DNA of 64,000 bases from Erythrobacter sp. Its GTDB lineage: Bacteria > Pseudomonadota > Alphaproteobacteria > Sphingomonadales > Sphingomonadaceae. The DNA lies in assembly GCF_023653175.1 (NCBI RefSeq), contig NZ_JAMNXL010000001.1, positions 314-64,313 of the forward strand. Direction: 5' to 3'. The notes below the pieces were generated by a model, which did no database searches, was not told the origin of the DNA, and saw nothing but the letters and a program-made list of their open reading frames with translations. The position numbers and the translations under genes are program-made. This document shows, in pieces, positions 44,917-52,179 of the stretch (positions are counted from its first letter, which is position 1; each line of letters opens with the position of its first letter).

Positions 44917-46248
44917 ATGGCAAACCTGCTCAAACCCGCCCCCCAGCGGATCGACGTGACCCCGCAGCCCATGCCGCCACTGTCGGACAAGCCCATCGAC
45001 GGCAGCCGCTACTGGTCGCGCGATTTCATGGACCGCGAGTGGAACGGCATCTGGACCAAGGCGTGGCTGATCGGCGGCCTCGCTACCCAAGTCGCCAAGC
45101 CCGGCGATTTCTTCACCTACGACATCGGGCGCGAAAGCATCCTCGTCACCCGCGGCGAAGACAGGCAGGTGCGCGCCTTCTACAACGTCTGCCCGCACCG
45201 CGGCAAACGCCTCGTGATGGAGGAGCAGGGCCATGCCATGCGCCTCGCCTGCTCCTACCATGGCTGGCGCTTCACGCCTGCGGGCGAGCTCAATTTCGTC
45301 CCCTGCCCGGAAGATTTCGCGGGTGGCTCGCCCTGCGGCAAGGTGCGGCTGGAGGAGGTCAGGTGCGAGGTCTTCGCGGGCTTCGTGTGGGTCAATCTCG
45401 ACCCGGCCGCCGCGCCGCTGGCCGAGCATCTCGGCCCCGTCGCGCACCAGATCGCGGGCTACCGCATGGAGCAGATGCACCGCACCCACTGGGTCACGCT
45501 GGAAGGCGACTGGAACTGGAAGTGCGTGCAGGACAATTTCAACGAGAGCTACCACCTGCCCTTCGTCCACCCGCAGACCCGCTTCGTGATGGAGCAGAGC
45601 TACAAGGACTGCCAGTTCGATCTCTACGCGCCCCACGGCCATGCGCGGATGTTCATGCCGGGCTCGCGGCCGTCACGGTCTTTGCGGGGCCATACCGACA
45701 CGGTGCTCGACATGATGCGGACGGAACTCACCTATTGGGGCCTCGATCCCGAGGCCTTCCGCGACGATCCGCTGCGCACGCGCGAAGCGCTCCAGCAGGC
45801 CAAGCGGGCGAAGGGCGCGGAGAAGGGCTACGACTTCAGCCACTTCCACGATGCGCAGCTCACCGACCATTTCCACTACACGATCTTCCCCAACATCAGC
45901 TTCAGCCTCAAGCCCGACGGCTGCATCTGGCTGCGCGCCGACCCGCATCCGACCGATCCCGAGCGGTGCTATTTCGACATGTGGTACTTCACCTGGTTCC
46001 CGGAAGGCGTCGACCGCTACTTCGCCTATTCGATGGGGCAGGAGGTCGACCGCACGGTTCCCGTCCCGCACCAGCGCGGCGTGGTGGGCGAGCTCTCCTG
46101 CGGCCCGGGCATCGATCAGGACGTGAGCATCTGGAGCGAACAGCAGCTCGGCCTCCGATCGCGCGGCTACAAGGGCGGTCACCTCGCCGGGCAGGAAGCG
46201 CGGGTGCGGTTCTTCCACGACATGATCGATCGCTGGGTGGGAACCTAG
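44917..46248 (+). CDS. Rieske (2Fe-2S) oxygenase alpha subunit (paralog 2), no beta subunit
   Basis: CPHRGKRL...CSYHGWRF. Iron motif NFNESYHLPFVHP. Starts 2 nt after the P450 stop. 443 aa. Confidence 0.9.
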   Translation: MANLLKPAPQRIDVTPQPMPPLSDKPIDGSRYWSRDFMDREWNGIWTKAWLIGGLATQVAKPGDFFTYDIGRESILVTRGEDRQVRAFYNVCPHRGKRLVMEEQGHAMRLACSYHGWRFTPAGELNFVPCPEDFAGGSPCGKVRLEEVRCEVFAGFVWVNLDPAAAPLAEHLGPVAHQIAGYRMEQMHRTHWVTLEGDWNWKCVQDNFNESYHLPFVHPQTRFVMEQSYKDCQFDLYAPHGHARMFMPGSRPSRSLRGHTDTVLDMMRTELTYWGLDPEAFRDDPLRTREALQQAKRAKGAEKGYDFSHFHDAQLTDHFHYTIFPNISFSLKPDGCIWLRADPHPTDPERCYFDMWYFTWFPEGVDRYFAYSMGQEVDRTVPVPHQRGVVGELSCGPGIDQDVSIWSEQQLGLRSRGYKGGHLAGQEARVRFFHDMIDRWVGT

Positions 46249-47864
46249 AGGTTCGCCAAAGCCGCCGTCCGCCCCGCGATATAACCGAAGGTCAGCGCCG
46301 GCCCCAAAGTCCCGCCCGCGCCAGCGTAAATTCCGCCAGTCGGGCAGGCGATGGCATTGCCTGCACCCAACAGCCCGGGGATCGGCGCGCCGTCATGGCC
46401 GAGGATGCGCGCCTGACCATCGGTGCGCGGGCCGCCATTGGTGCCGAGCAGGCCGGAGGCAATCTGCACCGCATAGAACGGCGCTTCGCGGATCGCGCCC
46501 AAGGTGACGGCAGCGCCCTCCCGCGAGCGATCGCCGTAGAAGTGGTCGTAGGCGCTCGTCCCGCGCCCGAAATCGGGATCATGCCCCGCGTCGGCATGGA
46601 GGTTGAAGCGCGCGACGGTCTCCTCGAGCGCCGCCGGATCGAGGCCGATCTGCGCCGCAAGCGCTTCGAGCGTGTCGGCGCGCATCACCCAATCCGGCAT
46701 CGGCTGGCCCGGCTGGCGCGTGCCCAGCGGATAGCGCGCGACATATTGCGCGTCGAAAATCAGCCAAGCGGGCAGGTTCGTGTAGTCATAGGTCGCCGGA
46801 TCGAACTGGTGGAACACGCCCCCCAAGGCCGAGTAATTCGCCGCCTCGTTGCAGAACCGCCGTGCGGAGCGGTTGACCATGATGCTGTGCGGCACCGTCC
46901 GCTCGATCAGGATGATTTGTGCGCGGGGCTCGCCGCTGGCCCAGGGTTGGTCGGGCGTCACGAGGGTCGGCGCCCACCACGCGCTGGTCATATTGCCGAG
47001 CTTCGCGCCCGCCGCCATCGCGAGGCGGAGGCCACCGCCGGTGCCGGTGGGCGGGCTGGCGGGGGCGGTGACGGGGCCGCGCAGAAAGGTCTGGCGCAAG
47101 TCTGCGTCCCACTCGAACCCGCCGGTGGTGATAATCACCCCGCGCCGGGCGGCAAGCGCGAAAGGCGCCCCGTCGCGGGTGCCTTCGATCCCGGTGATCC
47201 GTCCGCCGTCCTTGACCAGCCGCTTGGTTTCGACGCCGAGGATCGGCGCGATCCCCCGGTCGAGGCAGGCCTTGAGCAGCCGCGCCACCATCGCCTGCCC
47301 GAAGCCGCATTGCCGCGCGGCCATGCGTGTCCCGAGCACTTCCATCGGCGGCATCGCAGTCGCGCCCCCGAGCGGCGTCTCGCGCAGCATCAGCGGCTTG
47401 GGCTCCTCGATGGCGTAGATCCGCGCGGCCCAATCGCCGAGTTCGCTCAAGCCAAACAGATCATGGTCGAGCGCGCGGCTCCCTTCGGGCTTCGCCCCCG
47501 GACGGTCGAGATAGTAGTCGGGATAGCCCGGCAGCACCGAGACGCTGAGCGCGCCCGCATCTTCCAGAAAGGCCAGCGCCTCGGGCCCCTTGTCGACGAA
47601 GGCCTCGAGCGTCTCGTCCACCAGATCGCCGTGATCGAGACTGCGGAAATAGGCGAGCGCCTCCTCGCAGCTGTCGGCCATCCCGGCGGCGCGCATTCGC
47701 GGGTTGTCGGCGACCCAGATCACCCCGCCCGAAATCGCCGAGGTGCCGCCGACGCGGCTCGCACGCTCGACCAGCGCGACCGATGCGCCCGCCTCGTGCG
47801 CCGCAAGCGCTGCCGCCATGCCGGCCGCGCCCGTTCCCAGAATGATGACGTCGACCTGTTCCAT
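46245..47864 (-). CDS. FAD-dependent oxidoreductase, 3-ketosteroid-delta1-dehydrogenase / fumarate-reductase-flavoprotein-like
   Basis: 539 aa from MEQVDVIILGTGAAGMAAALAAHEAGASVALVER (GxGxxG ... E). C-terminal LGAGNAIACPTGGIYAGAGGTLGPALTFG is typical of the KstD/FRD-like family. Confidence 0.88.
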   Translation of the reverse strand: MEQVDVIILGTGAAGMAAALAAHEAGASVALVERASRVGGTSAISGGVIWVADNPRMRAAGMADSCEEALAYFRSLDHGDLVDETLEAFVDKGPEALAFLEDAGALSVSVLPGYPDYYLDRPGAKPEGSRALDHDLFGLSELGDWAARIYAIEEPKPLMLRETPLGGATAMPPMEVLGTRMAARQCGFGQAMVARLLKACLDRGIAPILGVETKRLVKDGGRITGIEGTRDGAPFALAARRGVIITTGGFEWDADLRQTFLRGPVTAPASPPTGTGGGLRLAMAAGAKLGNMTSAWWAPTLVTPDQPWASGEPRAQIILIERTVPHSIMVNRSARRFCNEAANYSALGGVFHQFDPATYDYTNLPAWLIFDAQYVARYPLGTRQPGQPMPDWVMRADTLEALAAQIGLDPAALEETVARFNLHADAGHDPDFGRGTSAYDHFYGDRSREGAAVTLGAIREAPFYAVQIASGLLGTNGGPRTDGQARILGHDGAPIPGLLGAGNAIACPTGGIYAGAGGTLGPALTFGYIAGRTAALANL

Positions 47865-47967
47865 GCAGCGACTAGACGCTGTCCACGGCGCATCGGGCAA
47901 CCCGTCATTTTGGCAAGGTGCGCGCCTGCCTCCGTCCCGCTACCCACGAGGGCAAAGGAGAGAACAC

Positions 47968-48744
47968 ATGAAGCTGCAGGGCAAAATCGCCGCGATCACC
48001 GGGGGAACGGCAGGCATGGGGCGCGGGATCGCCGAGGCGTTCCTCGCCGAGGGCGCGAGCGTCGCCCTGTTTGCGCGCAATGCCGAAAAGGGCGTGAAGG
48101 TTCTGGAGGAACTGGGCGCAGGCGACCGGGCGATCTTCGTGGCGGGCGACGTGATGCAGCAATCAGACCTCGAAGGCTTCGTCGATCACGTCATCGCCCA
48201 TTTCGGCACGCTCGACATCCTCGTGAACAACGCGGGCGGGGCGGGGGACTTGCAGCCCTTAGTGAACCTCTCCGACCACGCCTTCGACGAGGCGATGAAG
48301 TGGAACGTCTATTCGACCTTCTGGGCCACCCGCCGCGCGCTGCCCACGATGCTGGAGAAGGGCAAGGGGCGGGTAATCAACATCTCCTCGATGGAGGGCA
48401 AGCACGGCAAGGCGGTGCTGACGGCGTACTCTGCCGCCAAGCACGCGTTGAACGGCATGACCAAGAGCCTCGCGCGCGAAGTCGGCGCGGCGGGCGTCAC
48501 CGTCAACGCGATCTGCCCCGGCATCGTCATCACCGACATCATCAGGAACAACGGCCCCGCCACGGCGAAAGCGATGGGGATGGAGTTCGAGGAGATGATC
48601 GACCTCTTCGCCTCCGAAGCCGCGATCAAGCGTCCGAACACGGTCGAGGAAGTGGCTGCGGTCGCGGTGCTGCTGGCGAGCGAAGCGGGCGGCGGAATCA
48701 CCGGCCAGCAGATCAGCGTCGACGGAGGAACGGCGCAGTACTGA
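47968..48744 (+). CDS. Short-chain dehydrogenase/reductase
   Basis: RBS AAAGGAGAG. ITGGTAGMGRG, NNAG, YSAAKHAL. Confidence 0.9.
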   Translation: MKLQGKIAAITGGTAGMGRGIAEAFLAEGASVALFARNAEKGVKVLEELGAGDRAIFVAGDVMQQSDLEGFVDHVIAHFGTLDILVNNAGGAGDLQPLVNLSDHAFDEAMKWNVYSTFWATRRALPTMLEKGKGRVINISSMEGKHGKAVLTAYSAAKHALNGMTKSLAREVGAAGVTVNAICPGIVITDIIRNNGPATAKAMGMEFEEMIDLFASEAAIKRPNTVEEVAAVAVLLASEAGGGITGQQISVDGGTAQY

Positions 48745-48780
48745 GCGGGGCGTTGCGCGGTGGTTGCCGGTTCGTCGCCG

Positions 48781-48815
48781 CCCCGTCGGATGTTCCACGT
48801 GGAACATCGACGGGG
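48781..48815. terminator. 35-nt near-perfect palindrome between convergent SDR genes (bidirectional terminator or binding site)
   Basis: CCCCGTCGGATGTTCCAC/GTGGAACATCGACGGGG gives a 17-bp stem with one bulged G and a CACGTG centre. GTTTCG follows on the plus strand. Confidence 0.45.
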
Positions 48816-48823
48816 CGTTTCGC

Positions 48824-49633
48824 CTATCCCTGGAGCTTCGCCATCGCTGCCCCGATCGCTGCGGCAACGTCGCCCGCCTGCGGGTTGCCACGCATGATCA
48901 GGCCGCCATTGGGCTGGATATTGGCCCCTGTCACATAGGCATTGTCGGTGCTCAGCCAGAGGCAGGCGTGGGCGACATCGTCGACCGTGTTGAGCCGTCC
49001 CATCGGGTAGCGCGGCAGGAAGGCATCGGTGAGGCCCGGAACCTGGAAGCTCTCGTGGGTCATCGGGCTGTCGGTGAAGGCGGGCGAGACCGTGTTGGCC
49101 TTGATCCCCAAGTGCCCGTAATCATTGGCAACACACTCGATCAGCGCCTCGGAGCCGCGCTTGGTGCCGATATAGGCCGCGTGATTGGTGATGATCGCCT
49201 TGGTGGTCGCCGAGGACAGGCTTATCAGCGAGCCGCCGGTGGGGGCCTGCGCGCTCATCACGCGCACGAAGGCCTGCAGGAAATGGTGCACCCCCTTGAA
49301 CTGGAGCGCGACGATCTGGTCGAGCTGTTCCTCGGTGATCTCCTCGAGGCTGGCGAGCAGGCCCCAGCCGGTGGTGTTGATGGCGATGTCGACCCGTCCG
49401 AAGGTGGTTGCCGCGTGGTCGGCCATCGCATTCACTTCGGCGCGGCTGCTGATGTCGCACAGGGTGTATGCCCCGCCGATCTCGTCTGCCAGCGCGGCGA
49501 GCGGCCCCTCCTTGCGGCCTGCGACCATCACCCGCGCGCCTTCATGCGCGAAAAGCCGGGCGATGGTCTGGCCCATGTTGCCCTCCGACGCTGCGCCCAG
49601 AATGACGGCGGTCTTGCCCTCGAGTTGTCCCAT
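48824..49633 (-). CDS. Short-chain dehydrogenase/reductase
   Basis: 269 aa. ILGAASEGNMGQ cofactor loop and YIGTKRGS catalytic motif. Confidence 0.9.
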   Translation of the reverse strand: MGQLEGKTAVILGAASEGNMGQTIARLFAHEGARVMVAGRKEGPLAALADEIGGAYTLCDISSRAEVNAMADHAATTFGRVDIAINTTGWGLLASLEEITEEQLDQIVALQFKGVHHFLQAFVRVMSAQAPTGGSLISLSSATTKAIITNHAAYIGTKRGSEALIECVANDYGHLGIKANTVSPAFTDSPMTHESFQVPGLTDAFLPRYPMGRLNTVDDVAHACLWLSTDNAYVTGANIQPNGGLIMRGNPQAGDVAAAIGAAMAKLQG

Positions 49634-49761
49634 CTGATGTCTCCTCTCTCGGGCGCCGGAGTAACACGGACGGGCGGGCGCCCACCCTTCCCAAAAGTAG
49701 GCATTGTCGCTTGGCGGTCTCGGGGCCGATAGCCGCTGCCAACAAAGGGAGAGCGATTGCG

Positions 49762-50172
49762 ATGTTTACCGGACCCCTCGAGGATCGCGTTGCGATCCAG
49801 GAATTGAACGGCACCTATGCGGACGGCGTGGTGCGGATCGACAGCGACACCTGGGCAAGCGTCTGGGCCGAGAATGCCGACTGGGATCTGATGGGCCACC
49901 AGACCCACGGCAAGGAGGCGATCGTCGCCTTCTGGAACGGGGCGATGAGCGGGCTGGAGGCGGTCAGCTTCCACTGCGTGCCCTGCATGATCGAGGTAAC
50001 TGGCAACACGGCGAAATCCCGCGTGCAGACGCAGGAGATCCTCAAGCCCAAGGACGGCAAGGCGCGCCATGTCGGGGGGCTGTATGAAGACGAGTTGGCG
50101 AAGGTGGATGGCCGCTGGCTTTTCACCTCGCGCACATTCAAGATCGTCGCCGAATTCGGCATGGAGGGGTAA
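49762..50172 (+). CDS. NTF2-like (SnoaL_4-type) protein
   Basis: RBS AAAGGGAGAG upstream of ATG 49762. LEDRVAIQELNGTYADGVVRIDSDTWASVW. 136 aa. Confidence 0.8.
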   Translation: MFTGPLEDRVAIQELNGTYADGVVRIDSDTWASVWAENADWDLMGHQTHGKEAIVAFWNGAMSGLEAVSFHCVPCMIEVTGNTAKSRVQTQEILKPKDGKARHVGGLYEDELAKVDGRWLFTSRTFKIVAEFGMEG

Positions 50173-50177
50173 TCGAC

Positions 50178-50519
50178 ATGGCCAAGATCCTGATTTCTGC
50201 CCAGATCGACCTCGATCCCGCCCAGCGCGAGGAAGCCCTGCGCAGCGCCCGCCCGCATATCGAGGCGGCGCTCGCCGAAAAGGGTTGCATCCACTACGAC
50301 TGGAGCGCCTGTTCGATGAACCCCGCCCGCGTCAACGTGTTCGAGGAATGGGAGAGCGAGGAAGCCCTCGCCGCCCATTTCCGCGATCCGGCCTATACCG
50401 GTATGCGCGATCACATCGGCCAGTTCGGCATAACAGCGGCGGTCAGCGCGAAGTATCGCGTCGACGCGGAAGGGCCGGTCTACAACGCCGAAGGGCAGGC
50501 GACCGAGGCGTTTGACTGA
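50178..50519 (+). CDS. ABM-domain (putative quinol/antibiotic-biosynthesis monooxygenase) protein
   Basis: 113 aa. ...GCIHYDWSACSMNPARVNVFEEWESEEALAAHFRDPAY, the classic ABM pattern. Confidence 0.8.
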   Translation: MAKILISAQIDLDPAQREEALRSARPHIEAALAEKGCIHYDWSACSMNPARVNVFEEWESEEALAAHFRDPAYTGMRDHIGQFGITAAVSAKYRVDAEGPVYNAEGQATEAFD

Positions 50520-51045
50520 CCAGCCCCCACCCGTGATTATGGGCGCCATCCTCGCCGGCGGACAGGCGCGCCGCTTCGGCAGCGACAAGGCGCAGGCGCT
50601 CTATGAAGGCGCGCGGCTGATCGACCGGGTCGCCGCAGCACTCGGCGCGCAATGCGCTGGCGTGGTGGTGTGCGGCCGCGATGAAGCGGGATTCGTGTGC
50701 CTCCCCGACTGGCCGGAGGCGGGCCTCGGCCCGCTCGGCGGGCTGGCGGCAGCGCTGCGCCACGCGGGTGAGCGGGGGTTTTCCTGCGTGCTCTCGGCCG
50801 GGGTGGACGTGCCCGACCTGCCCTTCGATCTTGCCACGACACTGGCGGGCGAGGGTGCCGCGATCGTCGAAAGCCAGCCGGTGGTGGGGCTGTGGCCGGT
50901 GAGCGTCGGCCCCTTGCTGGAGGGGTTTCTGGCAGGGGGCGGACGGTCACTCTACCGCTTCGCCGATCATGTCGGGGCGCGGCGGGTGAACCTCGCCGCG
51001 CCGCTGATGAACGTCAACCGGCCCGAAGACTTGCCCCCGGCCTGA
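50512..51045 (+). CDS. mobA: Molybdenum cofactor guanylyltransferase MobA
   Basis: GAILAGGQARRFGSDKA nucleotide-binding motif. GPLGGLAAAL. C-terminal NVNRPEDL. Start uncertain: TTG 50512, GTG 50533 or ATG 50539. Confidence 0.8.
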   Translation: MTDQPPPVIMGAILAGGQARRFGSDKAQALYEGARLIDRVAAALGAQCAGVVVCGRDEAGFVCLPDWPEAGLGPLGGLAAALRHAGERGFSCVLSAGVDVPDLPFDLATTLAGEGAAIVESQPVVGLWPVSVGPLLEGFLAGGGRSLYRFADHVGARRVNLAAPLMNVNRPEDLPPA

Positions 51046-51049
51046 AGCG

Positions 51050-52054
51050 TTACAGCTTCAGCAATTGCTTGCCCCGGTTCTGCCCGCTAAACAGCCGCTG
51101 CAGGGTGTGGGGCGCATTCTCGAAGCCGTGCTGGATGTCTTCCTGATACTTCAACGAGCCGTCTTTGACGAAGCCCTCCAGTCGCTTGCGAATGCCGGGA
51201 AATTCGCTCGCCCAGTCGAGCACGATGAAGCCTGCCATGGTCCCGCGCCGGAAGACGAGGTTGAAGTAGTTCTCGGGTCCGGCGGGAAGGCTCCCGGTCT
51301 CGTAGCGGCTGATCCCGCCGCAGATCACCACGCGGGCGTTGGTGGCGATGCAGGCGAGCATGTCGTTGAGGATTTTGCCGCCGACATTGTCGTAGATCAC
51401 GTCCACCCCGCGCGGGCAATGCTCGCGGATCTGCTCCTTCACGCCGCCCGCCTTGTAGTCGATCGCGGCGTCATAGCCCGCTTCTTGCACCAGCCAGTCG
51501 CACTTGTCCTGCCCGCCTGCGATGCCGACCACGCGGCACCCTGCGAGCTTCGCCAGCTGGCCGACGATGCTTCCCGTCGCGCCCGCCGCGCCGCTCACCA
51601 GCACGGTATCGCCCGCCACGGGCTTGCCGACCTTGAACAGCCCGCAATAGGCGGTCAGCCCGGTCGTCCCCAGAACCGAGAGGACAGCAGTGGGCGAGAG
51701 ATCGGTTTCGACCTTTGTCAGCTCCTTGCCGTCAGTGACGAGATATTCAGTCCAGCCCGTGGTGCCGAACACCAGGTCGCCCACCGCGAAGCGCCCGCCA
51801 TTGCTCGCCACCACTTCGGCAATCCCGCTGCCGCGCATCACGTCGCCGATCGCCATCGGCGCGACGTAATCGGCGATGTTCTCCATCCAGCCCTTCTGCG
51901 CCGGATCGAAGCCGAGGTAATGCGTCTTGAGCAACATCTCGCCCGGGCCGGGATCGGCGAGGCTGGCTTCCACCAGCTTGAAATCATTGTCGATTGCGAT
52001 CCCGCGGCCGCGCGGGTGTCCGTTCAGGAGCCATTGGCGGGTGGTGGTGGGCAT
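51050..52054 (-). CDS. NADP-dependent MDR oxidoreductase (YncB/CurA-like), paralog 2
   Basis: 334 aa from MPTTTRQWLLNGHPRG. VSGAAGATGSIVGQLAKLAG. C-terminal LFSGQNRGKQLLKL. Confidence 0.9.
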   Translation of the reverse strand: MPTTTRQWLLNGHPRGRGIAIDNDFKLVEASLADPGPGEMLLKTHYLGFDPAQKGWMENIADYVAPMAIGDVMRGSGIAEVVASNGGRFAVGDLVFGTTGWTEYLVTDGKELTKVETDLSPTAVLSVLGTTGLTAYCGLFKVGKPVAGDTVLVSGAAGATGSIVGQLAKLAGCRVVGIAGGQDKCDWLVQEAGYDAAIDYKAGGVKEQIREHCPRGVDVIYDNVGGKILNDMLACIATNARVVICGGISRYETGSLPAGPENYFNLVFRRGTMAGFIVLDWASEFPGIRKRLEGFVKDGSLKYQEDIQHGFENAPHTLQRLFSGQNRGKQLLKL

Positions 52055-52179
52055 CGGGTGTCTCCTCTGTTTGCCTGCCCTATTGGGGACGCGGCGCACA
52101 GCTCTCCACGGACAAAAGTGTCAGTCGAGCGCACCGCCCCCTGTGGTAGTCTCCCGCCCAATTCTCGGGGAGAGAGACG

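Noticed and set aside
47911-47925. Sigma-54-like TGGCA...GC spacing upstream of the SDR at 47968
   Set aside because: Only the GG-N10-GC dinucleotides fit. The -12 element reads GCGCC rather than TTGCA, and no enhancer-binding protein gene is nearby.
45039-48938. Longest ORF in the track (1299 aa, plus strand)
   Set aside because: It runs out of frame or antisense across four well-supported genes (Rieske oxygenase, KstD-like flavoprotein, two SDRs). The translation is Arg/Gly/Pro/Ala-rich low complexity with no motifs. This is a typical stop-codon-poor alternative frame in high-GC DNA.
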